This document shows positions 10,949-24,904 of a DNA stretch of 64,000 bases, piece by piece. Made by a program: the position numbers and the translations under genes. The stretch is from Eutreptiella sp. 'Long Island Sound 2002' (taxonomy: Eukaryota > Protista > Euglenida), in NCBI GenBank assembly GCA_964036045.1, contig OZ038379.1, forward strand, positions 30,132,001-30,196,000. Direction: 5' to 3'. Position 1 is the first letter of the stretch. Every line of letters starts with the position of its first letter. The notes beneath the pieces were generated by a model, which saw only the letters and a program-made list of their open reading frames with translations, was not told where the DNA came from and searched no databases.

Positions 10949-13900
10949 ACTGGGCGACCTGAAAATTGCTCTGCGGGGGGGGGTGACCCCCCCCCCCCCC
11001 CCCCGCCGAAGGAGGGGGGGGGTTGGGGAAATGGGGTTCCGTGTCGGGCCCTTTGTTTTGTGTAACAACGGATGTTGGCGCCGAAGGCGCAGGAACACAA
11101 ATTTTGGCCTGAAAAAGTTTTTTCCACCAATAATTCTCCCCCCCCCCCCCCCCAAATTTGAGTAGTCAAAATGATCAGCGCAACGTGGGTATCATTTTGA
11201 GCCATAGATGTTGGGTTGACCCCCCCCCCCCCCCGGCACGGCACGTCGGGCACCCCGGCCCTGAACCCCCCCTCCCGTCACGGCGGCCAAGGAGGGGGGG
11301 GTTGGGAAAATGGGCCTCCGTGTCCCCCCCCCCCCCCCCCGCAGAGCAATTTTCTTCCCGCCCTGCCACAAGAAGTTCTGCTTTTGCATTGTGGACGTTC
11401 TTGACAACAGTCCTCGGTACTTTGTGAACGATTCATGCCCCTCCGCTGCTGAACTGCTTTTGGTGCATCTGGTCCATCTGCTGCACTTAACGCTCTGTTG
11501 TTGTCGGTGGGGGTGGTGTAGTGCGCATCCACGACACATCCTCAGAAGGTTTTGTGCCGATCCCCAATGACCTGGTCTTCAAGTGGTGAGATGTAAAGTG
11601 GCCCACTGATTGAGGGACCTTCCCCCCGTCCACACACACACCCTCCCCCTTGGTGCGCAAGTTCGGTAATTGTCAAAGCGCAACGACCCCGTCTGACTGG
11701 CGTTTTCTGGCCGCTGTTTTTTGCAGTCAAGAATGCAAGATGACATCTTTGTCACCCGGTAGTTTTCGGAAACAGGGGCTGGGCTACATGCTACATGCTG
11801 CATGGCTCCCCAAGGGAGGTGCTCCCATTGTCACCAAACCATGACCCAACCCTGACACAGCGCCCCCAAAACGTCAGCAAGCGTTGCCAAAAAAAAACAC
11901 GATTTTTCAACCAACCCAATCCGGCCTACAAATGGCCAAGTCCTCCCCAGCGGGGTGCCATGGGGACCTGGACCCTGGGTGAACGGGGTGAAGGGGGTTT
12001 CGATGGTCGCGTGGTGGCCACACGAGGCCGACCATGCTATGCAGACTGAGGTGCAAAACAGCCCAAAAACAGCCGTGCAAAAGACCCCAAAACCAGCCCT
12101 CTTAGGGGCCACAGCCACAGCGCACCATTTGGGGGGCCTATCTGTCACGGAGCCTTTGTCAGGATCAGCACATAGCCGCCACAACCAAGCCCCCCCCCCC
12201 CTCTCCCTCCTGCCGCCGAGGCCCTGCCCGCAAAACTGGGTTCGCAGTGCAAAGTGGTTGGTGTGGTCCTTGACGAAAACCTGATTGTGGGATACCTTTG
12301 TTGGATAAAATGAGGGTTTTACAAGGTGTTGAACTTGCAATGTTACCCCTTGGCTATGGTGTGTCAGTAGGCCCAAAATGGGGCTATGTAGTGTTTCCCA
12401 TGTATGCTCCCACAATCTCTGTGATCCCACACGATACCCTTCACTTTGGCTGTGTACCACAGGTTGCTTGCAGCCACCACATGCACATTTGCACTTATTT
12501 GGCGTAAACACAGTGTCCATCCCACACTGCCTAGGCAAGCCCCACAGGTTTGAGACTTGCACAAAATTCTATTGCGTGTGGCAAGGCCATCTTGCAGACA
12601 GCTAAAAAAAATTGGTGCTCGGTGTTTGCCCAAGTGTTGATATGTTTTTTGAGCAGGCCACATCAAGCCCACTGTGGTGCAATCGACCCCCCACCCTCAA
12701 CACTCCCCCAAGCAAAGCATGTGCCTAGAGGCTGTCGAGGGCCTGCAGCATGAGGACAGCAACCCAGGGAACCAGGAAACGGGGGGGGGGGTTGGTCTTT
12801 TTAATGAAGGTCCTTCCCTGTTTGTTTCAATGGTGGCCTGGTGGCCTGGCAGGCTAGGTTGCCCCGTGTGGTATCCAGCCTGGAGCTCTTTGCTCATCGC
12901 TTCTTTGATACCATGGATGACCTCAAATTAGAGGATGCGTCGGTCTGTCTTCTTGTGGCGATGCTGCTGATTAAGCCTGTGCCGAAGGTGACGGTTGTCA
13001 ATGAGGTGATTCAGAGAGCACTGGGACTGGGCCCAACAGGTGCCCTTTGGATGCCCAAGTGTGCTTCACAACTGTCCAGTCCTTGGTCAAAGGGGTTCAA
13101 CATGCTGATGCTTCACGTGTTAACCCCTCGATTGTTCAAGGGTCATCAAGACCATAACCCGGATTTGGCCGAGTTAAGGGGGTTTTGGGGTGTTTACGTG
13201 AGGCAAACCGTTTTTTGGAGCTGCCATCCCTTTGTCACTCCTAAGTGCGCTTCTTGGGAGACGATAAGGGGGCTTGTTTTTGGATTACCGCCTTGGTGCA
13301 GTCTGCCATGGAACACATATCGATTGTACGAACGGTTTTTGGAGCTTTTGCTCACAGCTGAGGTGAGAAATTCCTTCCGTTTCCTTTTAAAGGCTTTTGG
13401 AAGATTGTCAGCTTTGACCAATTGCTAGGTTTACCCCTTCGACCCGGGCGCCTGGGTCTGCCCGGAAAACGCCCCTTGGCTCTGCCCAGGTCTACCCAGA
13501 TTGACCCCTCACACTGCCATGGGTCCGCCCGGGGTTTGCTGGTTGCCGGGTTGTGGGCACTCCTGGGGGGCTGTGGTACGTTCTGAACCCCCCCCCCCCC
13601 CGGTACGGTGACCTGTGGGCTGCCACGTGTGTGGCGTTGGCTGGCAAGACAACAGCACAACAGGCAGGACATGCAGTTCACAAGAGGGAAAAGAAAAGCT
13701 TGTCAAGAGCCGAAAAGCGGCCCCAGGCGCGTTTCGCAAAAAAGGTCTGTGAGACGTAATGGAAATGTACTTTATTTTGCATGAGAAGGGAGGCAACATC
13801 TGTTCAGCTAGAAGTGGAAGTGGTCAGGGGAGTGGGGGGGGCAGACCTTTTTGCCTCCATTATTTGGACAGTTTTGTGTTGATCCTCTTGGATGGAAGAG

Positions 13901-14929
13901 TGGTGATTGATTTGGTGGAGGTGGGGTTTGTCATTAGTTCTAAGATGATTTTGGGGTCCACCGTTGAGTCACTTTTTGGGACTTCAGAGTTAGACTATAT
14001 CTACCCACCCGTTTGCTTTGGCGTACTTGATGGTGGGTTGGCTGAGGTTGGCGGGGGCATGTCTAGCGTAGGCAGGGCTGCACGTCGTTGGGGGAGCATT
14101 AGCGCGCCGGGCACGCGCCGGGCGCGCGCCGGGCATCTTTTTTGACCCGTGCCCCACCGGTGACCTTTTAGGGGCTGCACTAAGCGCAACTATTTGTACG
14201 TCTAGCTGTCCTAGAACCCCATACTTTGTGATACTATGGGCATTCTTGTTGTTTGACAAGGGGTATTTTGATGCTTCTTTCACATTCGGGATATGGTATA
14301 TTTGGATTCTCACCCAGTTTCACCAATTTTCTTCTATCCTTTTTTGCTCGTTTTCACCACATCCACTCCTTACTAGGTTGATTTCTCCCCACCATGGGGA
14401 CCTCAAGAAAGCAGGGGTAATGTAGCCATATTGATTTCTCCCCACCATGGGGACCCCGAGAAGGCAAGGGTGATGTTGCGAATGCTGAGTTTGCGCTTCG
14501 TTCTTATGGCGTGAGGCAGAAACGCCGTCCAAACCGCTTGCGGCTTGGGGAATCATTACCATAGCGAAATCCATGGGAAAGGTACAGGCAAAGTGCCGTT
14601 TGTTAAGTACAATACAAATGACATTTGGAGTTGTTGAATGCACACCTATTGTCTAATTCTGCAACGTGCTTTGTAGGGAAGGTGTGCAGTCCATAATGGT
14701 CTATTTGGGGGGCCTTCTCCATCAAAGGGTAAATCTCGGGCTGAAGTTGGGATACTTAATAGAAAGGTAGTGCGCCGGGCGCGCGCCGGGCAAACATTCC
14801 CCCGTTGTTTCCAAGCAAGAGGGGGGGGGGGGGGGGGGCACCTCACCCAGCCGTTATGAATAGCCACAACGTTGAGGGATCGCTGGGAGGGGGTGTCAAA
14901 AGAAGGGCTTTTGTCGATGGAGGATTGCA

Positions 14930-17150
14930 CTGCCTTCCTGCACTAAAATGGCCTGAGCTGTATTCATGCCACTAACACAGGAACTGGCTGATGAGGCACT
15001 GGATAGGCTGCACAATAATGTCTCCCAAGGGGACAATGGAGTAGATGCCAAAACATATTTACTGATTTGCTGATGTGTTTTCAGCCCCAATGTTCCAAAT
15101 TGCGGAGCACCGCTTTAAGTCAGGCAGTTTCTTCGAGGATTGGGGAGTGGGGATAATCAATAGTATCCCCAGAGTTGTAGGCACCTGTATGATTGCAAAG
15201 CTCCGGCCCATTGCCCTGCAGGAAGTTTAAAAAAAAGGCTGATGACCATTTTATGCATCCAGGGAGAACAAATTTTCCAGCGGCTAACACACAGCCGACT
15301 TGTCGGCTGTGTCAAAGGAAGGGATATGATCAATCACGTATGGGGGATTAGAAGCATGCATGAGTTGTCAGAGCGCCGTGTGATGGTAAGCTTTGACTTT
15401 TTGAATGCATTTCTTACCCTTAGCCACTCTTTTGTGCAAGCAGTCATGCAGCTTATTGAACTGCCGGTAGGATATGTGATGTTTGTGCTGGCCACACTAC
15501 GTGCTCCGTACCAGTTTTGTGCCGGTAGGTGTGTGGTAAGGGAAGTGAGCTATCTACCCAAGGTAGGCATAGGGCAGGGGGCTCCATTCTCCCATATCTT
15601 TTTTTCATTTTGTGTCTCGTTTATCCTCCATTTACTGTTCGCTGTGCAAGGACTGACATCGTTCATGTATGCAGTTGATGTGTGTTCCATCATTGAAGGT
15701 GTGAACTTGGTCCACACCCTGTCTAGGGTACAGGTGGCTATGAAAATCTTTGCAAAATTTTCAGGGTGGATTGTGAGTCTAATAAAATGTGGGGTCCTCA
15801 CAAAAGGCAAGCTGACCCGCACAAAGCAAAGCAAGATGGAACCTATTGCAGACAAAAAGCTCGTGCTGGGCATTCCATTTGTCAACTCGGTTAAAAATTT
15901 GGGAGTGCAAATGGGCAATGTGTCTTCTGACATGGCCTTTGCAGTCCCATTTGGGGAGGCACAGCGAAGAGCAAGCTGCATCACGGCCTATGGCCTATCC
16001 ATGTAAGAGAGAAAATCCCGCTTCTCAAAACATGGATCCTCCCGCGTGTTCTGCTCACTGCAAGGGCATACTACCCTTCGGATATCACTATCCGTGTCTT
16101 GCGTCGCGTCTATCACACAACCCTAGGGGTGGACAGCCGGGGAATCACATTGGATAATCTCGCACAGCCTAAGGAACTCGGGGGGTACTTACTCCCTACC
16201 CCCAAAACATGGCTGCACACCTAGTTCGGGTTTCCTTTTCACAAGCTTCTCCGGTCTCCAAAGATCTTCTGACAACAACTAGTGACAGGATTTTGAATGG
16301 TGCAGCACCTATGGGGTGTGCCTAAACGCTTGGGCTCTCCCATACTTGCAGATGGGACCGGTCCCATACAAGACTTTTTGCTTTATGCAGTACAATTTTA
16401 AATCTTTCTCCATCTCACGACGTTATGTCATAGATGGATTGGGTGACCACACAGCCATGGGGGACCTCCCGCCGAGGCACTCATCCATCTTCCAAAATGA
16501 TAAGCAATTTACGTACTACTGCCGGGCACTGATCCGAGAGGGTATCACACAAGTCAAGCACATGTTTGTTCATGGGTCGCGCCGGAGACGACCTATTAAC
16601 CTATTGAGCAAGTTAGGGCCCACCTAGAGACATGTAGACGAGAACAATTTTAACGTTTTTCTCATGGTGCAACCCACTGATTGGTCTAGACCCTCGGTCT
16701 GGCTCGTAGCTTGGGGAAAGCCAGACTCACTGGCACGACTCGCAGCGAATCCACACATAGAAACATGTCAGCACCCAAGTGCATGGGGGCTGTGGACCTA
16801 GGATTCTTCTGGCCCCCTATGTGGAGTAGTGGAGACACTGGACCATGTGCTGGGGGATTGTTTGCTCCACAAGGTAATTTTTGCTACACTAAAAAAGGAT
16901 TGGGAACCTCTACAGGTCCAAGGTAAGCAACACTAGTGTGGTGACATCCCCGCACTACACTCGTTCAAAAGTCCGCAAGGTGTAGCACAATGGCGGCATC
17001 GGTGCAGACTTCAAGGACGCCATATGGCACTCCCCGCCGCTCCGTCGGCGCATATGGCAGCTCCAACTCCAGCACTGGTCTCTTCTAGACCCTCTTTGCT
17101 GTATTCACCCCCTGCGCACAGGTCCCTCCCACACCTGGGCAGGGAAGAAA
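14930..17150 (+). pseudogene. Degenerate non-LTR (L1/Tx1-like) reverse transcriptase
   Basis: TQELADEALDRLHNNVSQGDNG; WGVGIINSIP..KLRPIAL; SFDFLNAFLTLSH; GIGQGAPFSHIFF; MYAVDV (decayed YADD); VKNLGV. Multiple stops and frameshifts. Confidence 0.85.
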
Positions 17151-17199
17151 CTTGATGCGTTCCTGGTTCCCAACCTCGTCTGGGATGCAGTCACCCCTA

Positions 17200-19050
17200 C
17201 ATCATATTACACCCAGCAATATCCATCAGCTGGTGACCATGCGGGAGTCATCATGCACACCAACGCTGCCCTCCCCATGGCCGACACGCCAAGCCAGGCG
17301 GCCCCAAACATCTGCCACTGGGACCGCCGAGATGTGCGGAAGTTCCGGGCACATTTCATACGCTTGCTGCGCCAGCTTCCCACAGACCTACCTTTGGAAC
17401 GGCAGTCTGAGCTCATCCTCAGTGAAGTCGAGGACTACGTCACGGCACAGCAAAAACGCAGGCCCGAGGAGGACCCCACGCTGATGAACCTACGCTCTTA
17501 GGTGAAAGCAAACCCTGGCGACACTGAACGCACTGCGCCAATGGCGTGAATACATGCAAAAACTCTGACACAAAGAAGTCACTAATTGACTCCGCAGGTT
17601 CAAGCATGCCGCGGTGCGTGCGTCCGGGCATTTCTTCCAAGTGCTGGGCTCTTGGCTCCTCCGCCCCTTTGAAAGCTCCCCCCTCTCTCCCCCCTGCCTT
17701 CCCCACTTTGCCGGAGACCCCCTGTGGGACCCCGCGGGGGCCTTGACACTGCTTGGGGAAGCATACAAGGAACACACACATATCTGGTGAAACCCCAACG
17801 TGCACGGAGTTTGTTACTTGCCTTAACGCCCCGAAAGGGAAAACGGCAGGAATGGACCATGTACCAGCGCACCACCTGGGTTGGCTCCCCAAATATGCGC
17901 AATGGACCCTGTATCAGCACATCTGCGCGATGGACTACCGGGGTGCTAATGGCGTTCTGGACCGACACCCGCATCACACTACGAGACAAAAAGGGTGACC
18001 CTAGGGATGCCAACAACTAAAGACCCATAGCCGTCTCCTCCTGTATGTACCAGACACTGTGCAAGCTCATCCTCCTTCGCCGGAAAAAACCAGAGAAACC
18101 ACCGAAAAAACCGACGCATAGTCCCCCCAGCAAGCGGGGGGGGGGGCGAAAGGGCCACACTACAGTGACCCAAGCGCGAGCTCTCTGGAGCAACGCCTTG
18201 CAGTTTTTTTGAAGGCCATTCGTATCTCGTCCTTCTGGAAATTGCCAAAGCCTACCCGAGCACCCCTCACCCATTGCTGTGGGAAACCATGTACACGCGG
18301 GGGGTCCCGCCCACCATGATCTCCATCTTGCGGCATGCATAGGAACACACGCGGTGCTGCTTCACTGCGGAAGGCCACCAACACACATACCAGGGCCGGC
18401 CTCTCTCCCTGCTCCTGTTCTGCGCCGTGTACGAACGTTTTCACTTTACATTATCGCGGCGGTTCCCAACGGTGAATTTTTTTGTTTATATGGATGACAT
18501 CGCATTTATCTCCCCTGGCGCTGATACCACCCAACAGGTGCTGTCTGAAGTTTACCGCATCAACGCCACCCTCGGCGTTTGCGTCAACAACAGAAAACGG
18601 AAATATACAAATGGGCCCCCTCCACCACCAATGAAACCTTGCAGTGGGAGGGAGTGCCCCACAAGGTCCGTCCACCAATCCTTTGGTACTTGGGGCACCT
18701 CATGGCTCACCCCTCTTGGGCCCACAAGGCCAAAGGCAACTACCTGGGCCTTGTCCAATCAGACTTGGTGTAGTACCAATCGGCACCCCTGAACGGCCGA
18801 GAACGAGCCCAGCTAGACAATTTTGTGCCACCCACGCTGGCTCCACCGCCTGGTTCTCCTACCTTCCGACAAACCCCGACACCAAATAGACACCCTTGTG
18901 GCCGACTTCGTACACGCACCAAAGGGCATGGAGGCCACCACCAACCACCATCTGCTGAGACCTCCACCCAAAGATCCAGGCATGGGGGTGCAGCAAATGT
19001 ATTGGGCACATAGACACAAATGCGTGACCAGCCTCCAGCCTGCTCAGTGA
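17200..19050 (+). pseudogene. Second, distinct degenerate non-LTR reverse transcriptase
   Basis: EFVTCLNAPKGKTAGMDHVP; WTDTRITLRDKKGDPRDANN*RPIAVSSCMYQTL; LLEIAKAYPSTPHPLLW; LSPLLFCAVYE; FVYMDDIAF; WYLGHL. Confidence 0.85.
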
Positions 19051-19549
19051 AAACGCAAATGCCCGTCCAGCCACCCGTCAATTAGGAAAAAACGCCGTTT
19101 TTTTATCTTTTTTTGTTTGCCCTCTATTTCCCCCCGTTTTTTGTGTGTTTTTCGATGTTTCTTGGTGTTTTTCCGCCGTTTTTTTGGCTTTTGCAATCCA
19201 TTTTTGGTAAGTTTGACATATGCAACTCCCACATTTTTCACACATTTCTTATTTTTTGAAGGAATTTGTCGTGCCAGTCAACAATTGTTACTAGTTGCCG
19301 TGGGTGTTTAGTTATTCAACTTCCAGTTCCAATGTGGTATGTACGAATAGATAATTAGTTAAAATAGGCCTAATGGACTCAATAGATAGGGGATAGTTTC
19401 AATGAGCGTTGCTTTTGCATTGCCAACATACAAAAAGCAGGGAACATTGCATAGTTAAGGTGTGGTTTTGCAACTTACGGTAGCAAAGGGTTTGAGGGCG
19501 GGCAAGGGAAAGGCAAATAGTATGAGGCTTCCACCCTTCTGTTTTTGCT

Positions 19550-20260
19550 TTGTATCCACAGCCCATGCCGCTTGTGTGGCTCCGCCCCGAATCCGGGGGT
19601 GCATGGTCACACTTTTCTTCTGTGGCCGACACCGTCAAACACTTGAACACCAATGGCGTGGAGCTATTTGCCACGCAAGTTTCCCGTTCTGCTAGCAAGG
19701 CCGCCACGCGCAACGGCTGGTGTTTCTGCTCATCCCCCCCCCGGGCGAGGATGACCCCGCACCTCCCGAAGGGCAGGATGCGTCACCGCCAGTTTCCTCC
19801 CCATGTTCCGTGCAAGCAGGACTATCAACCTTCTTCACTTCAAGTTCTGAGTTGCCCACTTTTGGGTGTTGCAAGGAGAAGCTCTTGGGGGACATCGTTG
19901 TGTGCCCAGGTTGCAACCAACATGTTCATCCCCTTTGCAAAGAAGGGGCCAAATGCTTCCGATGTGTTTGCAGGGTGTGTGACTCGCCGCCAGGGGATAT
20001 TATGCGGCCCTGCAAGTCCTGTATGCATCAGATGCATGATGCATGCGCCATCACCGTGCCTCATCGGATCGAATGGGTATGCAAGACTTGCATCCCAAAG
20101 CCCCAGGAACCAGCTCCACCGGCAAAAGAGGCATTTTAATCCCCAATGGCAAGTTGGCAGACCCTGGTTGAGGTTTGGCAACGGGGTGACGTGGTGTGTT
20201 GCTTGCAAGGAATACCCCCAGCCTGGTATGCACCAAGCATGGATTGTGGGCACCACTGCC
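19550..20260 (+). pseudogene. Tandem PHD-like fingers plus TTF-type finger, N-terminal part of the hAT-like transposase, copy 2
   Basis: ORF 19720-20139 contains CRVCDSPPGDIMRPCKSCMHQMHDACAITVPHRIEWVCKTC (C4HC3 with the conserved Trp), preceded by CCKEKLLGDIVVCPGCNQHVHPLCKEGAKCFRC. After a frameshift: KRHFNPQWQVGRPWLRFGNGVTWCVACKEYP. Confidence 0.7.
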
Positions 20261-20559
20261 CCTGCTGGTGTACCAGGAATTTTAAATTTTTAGTTTGATG
20301 TTTGCCATGGGTCCCAGTGTCCCAATTTTTGCCCTTGCTCGCCTCTGCTGGTGTACCAGGAATTTTAGATTTTTAGTGTAATGTTTCCCATGGGTTACAT
20401 CCCTCCCTACGGCCCTGCACATGGCACAATGCAAAACAAAAAAAAGAAGCTGAAAGTCGAAGATGTGCACATTCGCATTACTGCTTCACAGTTTCAATAC
20501 CATATGCGTAAGAAATCAGGTGGCCAATCTGATCGCTCCCTCTCTCGAACCTCAGCACT

Positions 20560-23500
20560 ATCGTGCTCCTGGCCCAAGCAGAAAATTTGCTCACCCTCCC
20601 CCCATTCCTCTCCCCGCCCCTCATCCCCCCCCACATCATGGACGGCGATTATGCTGGGCTGCGAGCTGCACTTCGAGCGGACGTCAACATCAATTTGTCC
20701 ACCACGGCCCGCTTCCGTCTTGTGCCTCTTCGGATTCACCAGATCTGCAAGACAACGCAGCCCACAGCAGTTCAAAGGGGCAGTGCAAGACCTATGGTAG
20801 CCCCTTCACCCCATCCATCACCTGCTTATACGTAGCCAGGATGCCCACCGCCGAGCCGTCCTGCAAATCTTGCAAACCCAAGGAAGCGGTGCGGCTCTTG
20901 CCCACAGAGACCGTCCGCCCGTACACCAAATCCTGCTTATTAGCAACCCGATCACTGGAACTGTCGGGGAGGCCAGAGCGAAGAACGTGGATTCCTTCAC
21001 AGTCACTCCTTCGCCCGTGCGCATGGGTGGTGCAGCGATGGTGTGCGTGATAATCCGGGCCGACCGTGGGGAGTGGTACAAAGGTGCCACGGTTCCACCC
21101 ACCAGTGTTGTGGTCATTGCATCCGGACCCAAGTCAGTGAACGGCCCGCACCTTTTGGCAACGCGGTAAGCCAAATGGAACAACCCAAAAATGGCATTCC
21201 ACATTGGTTGGGCCAGAGAACCAACAACAGTTGTGGAAGCACCGTTGCTTTTCTAGAGTGCCATAGCCACTGCATGCAACCCTGAATTGCTGTGCTCAAG
21301 CACGGTAATCCCCCGGAAGCTACCAGCAAGGGCAAAAATGGGGACACTGGTACCTATGGCAAGCATCATGTTAGATTCCCTGGATTATTGATACAAAAAA
21401 AAACGGAAAAACACAATGATGTGTTGCCAAAAACAGCAAGTAAAGCAAAAAAAAAGGGTACACTGGTTCATGGCACCCAATCACCCTAGCCGAAACACCC
21501 CCCCCCCCCCGACCCCATACCCCCCTTGAAACCCCCCGAAATGGGCTTTTGGCAGCAAGTTGTGCCCAAAAAACAACCAAAAAAACGGGGAAAAACACCT
21601 GAAACTGAAAAAAACAACTTTTTTTAGCACCACCCGTCAACCCGTCAACAGCTTTGGTGACGGGCATTTGTGTGACCCCTGAGCCTGCTTTGCATCTACA
21701 CCCGGAGCTATTCCCCTTCCCCCTGGATGTGCCAGTCCCCCGCACTCAAACACCCATACTCACATATGTCGCCCTCCTGCAGTCTATGGGGGCAATGCCG
21801 GGGGTCTCTCTGCAGCTAGTACGGCGACGCCAAGGAGGGCCCAACCTGTATCATAGTGAAGACAACGAAGATGGCCGTCTGCTTGCTGCCCAACAACCCA
21901 CAGTGGACCAGCCCTACATGGCTAGAAAATATCACTCTTACTCCCCTGCCACTGCGGTGCCAGAATATGGGGACGTGCCTGCAGGTATACCAAGACTCAG
22001 GTGTCAGGGTTTGAGGTCTACACCGGGGGCCTGCCACCATCTGATGGGGAATGGCATAGCAATGGCAGCAAACTACTTGTACAACCGGTATATGCTAATG
22101 CCCACAGGGGTCCACGGGCGGGCATGGCTATCACATGCGGCGGATTCCAGCTCATCCCGCGTGTACATGGCCCACAAACCTCCTACCAGGCAGAGCTAAT
22201 GGGCTTGTGCATCGCCGCAGAACTTGCCCCCCAAAATCTACCATCACCGTGGACAACAAGGTTGTAGTGGACTATGGCCCCCAGAACCCCCATCGTGAGG
22301 CGTCAGACATTGACCTCCGCGAGATGGCCGCCCGAGTCATCCAACGCAAGTCGATCACGGTGCGGTGGAATCCCGGCCACCGCCAGCTATCCGACGCACG
22401 CGATGCTCAGCAATGTGCTGACATCCTACGCAACAATGAGGTCGACCGACTGGCCAAACTGGCCACCACCCTACCCCTGCTCATCTTCACCCCGACCTTC
22501 CCCTCTAGCATCTCCTTGGGAGGCACTGCAGTGAGCATTTCGCCTGTACCGGACCATCCGGGGTTCATTGGGTCACATGGCTACCTTTGCGGGCACGCCG
22601 CTGCCAAGTGTGGCTCCAATGGCTTTGGGGCAACATCCGCTGGCAAGGGTGCCCCCCCCCCCCCTTGGCAGAACACAAAGGTCAACCGTGAGCTATGCCA
22701 TGACACACCGGGGGACCCCACATGCCCAGTTGGTACACGGTGCCGCCTGGCGCCAGGTCTTCCTTCACGAGTGAGTACGGACGTTGGGACCATGGGCAGA
22801 TCTTGCCCAGCAGTGGCTCACTACAGCCTCTCCTGAGGACATGAACCATATCTCCAGGCTACAAATCCCACAATCCCTAGTGGACAGTGTCCCCTCCCCC
22901 CAGAAACGGGATTTGCGGTACCGGGTAGCATGGCATCAATACCACATGATTCACGCCACAACTCCGCCGCGACAATCCCTCACCATGCCCCCTACCGCGC
23001 CGGGCACTGCTAGTACACCCATATGGTACATGTCGCTGCGGCGCAAAGCGATCCAGCAACACCCAACAGACGATACCCTACGCACACAGGTCAGCTACAA
23101 AAACGACGGGACAAACACACACGGGGACCAAAAAGGGCCAGTCGACACCCAGCAACCGAGGCACACAAACTCTTACCAGGCCCCGTCACCATTGATACTG
23201 CCCATGCGCTCCTGCCACTCCTCCCCCACCTTCCCCCTGTGGAAAGCCACCAAGTGCGGGAGCGAATCCTCTCCATGAACACCGGACCCCCCCCCCCCCG
23301 GAGAGGACCCCTGCAGCAGCACCAGGAACCGGGACCCCTGTACACCATGCAGGGAGTCACCCACACCCGCCACTTGTGGACCGCGGCGGGGCAAGATCTG
23401 GCCACCCACGCCAGGGCGCACTTCCATCTCACAACGCGGGCTATCCGGCTCACCCATTGGCTGAAAAAGACATTGCAAGCCTGGCACACCACCATGCTCG

Positions 23501-24310
23501 CCCTCCGTTTGTGGTTTCGGTACTCTCTGGCCCAGGCCTCCGTGGCCCGGAAGGTGCAACTGGCACACCCCCTCCTACAGCTCCATTCCTATGCCCACTC
23601 GTACCTCCCCATGCTCTCCCTCCATGGGCAGCTGTTCGAGGTCTATGCCAGGCAGGTGCGGACCATCAGTGGGGCCACACTGCACCATGTGGCGATGGCC
23701 CACCAAAATTACCTAAACTGGGCGACCATGGTAACACACTACATGCGCGTGCACAACCAGTGGTTGCGCATGGCTTGCCAAGGAGTGGAAGAGGCCTATC
23801 CGGCATCTTTCCGCAAAGTCTCTCGAAATTTCTGGGGAGAATATGACCGCACAATGCGGGACTGGTGCCACCAAAGCTGCACTGAGGCAAGAAGGGAGAA
23901 ACAATCCCTCTTCCCCCGCTCGGGTTCTGCGAGCGTCTAGCGCCACTTGGAGATCCAGGTAGTGCGGTTGGAGACATTCTTAGACCAATGGATGACGAAC
24001 GCCTGGTCTCAGAAGGAACGCCACCTGGCCACGGAGTCCGACATTGTCCGCCGCCTCCTCCTCAAACGAAAACGTGTCCCATTGCCTGGGGGCATGCGTG
24101 GCAAACGCCTCTGCACTAGTCCCCAGGGGGACACCTGCGCCGTACAACTCACGGGGTCCCCAATACAACCAACTCTGCACTTCACTGACGACATCCAACT
24201 TACAGGGTCTTCCATGCGATGGGATGATATTGGACTGGATGGATAAGCCGATATTACCGCCTAGTGATGTGTGTTTTTTCAGCACTCCTCCCAGGAACCA
24301 CGCCCTGCCC
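20560..24310 (+). mobile_element. 3-prime portion of an RNase H-bearing non-LTR retroelement (decayed)
   Basis: RNase H at about 22001-22480: WHSNGSK..RAGMAI..QTSYQAELMGL..ITVDNKVV..VRWNPGHR..NNEVDRLAK. A further 305-aa ORF (23023-23940) follows. Element limits are approximate. Confidence 0.65.
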
Positions 24311-24904
24311 TAGCCCCTACACGGCATCGTCCCTAGCAACAAACTCTCTAGAATGCTGGGCTTGAATAAGCCGTGGTAGCCTACACCACTGCATAAAGTG
24401 TGCAGTAGCTACGAAGTGCCCCCCCCCCCCCCCCCATAGCGTCCCTTGCATGGACACATGCCTTACCTGCATGAAGCTGTAGGCTACCCAATTCATGTTG
24501 TACATACTCACTGGGCCTGAATGCCCACGCACACTAGAGGCCCAATGGCCTGAACTCAGGTGTCAGCAACAAAAAAAAAGCAATGGTGGGCACTCGCAGC
24601 ACATTGGACACTGCGCAACACATACCGAAAAGGTGGCACTGCCAACCTTGATGCATTGCTCACCATTTGGGTCAAATTCACAACGCTCCTAGTCGGTTGG
24701 GAGCCGCTTTCAGATTTCTCCCATGTCTTTCAGACTTTTCATTTTACTTCAAGAAACAAGGGGTGGTCACAGGACCTTGCATCACATATGTTGAACCGAG
24801 TGAAAAAGAAGAAAACAGAAACCGCAAGCAGCGTCGGAAGACGACCGTAAGCAGGAACTCGCTATCATAGCCATGGAGCAAATAAAACACAGCCGAGGGG
24901 TCTG

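Noticed and set aside
12300-13430. 195-aa and 243-aa ORFs with Cys clusters
   Set aside because: No recognisable domain or codon bias. Probably decayed repeat.
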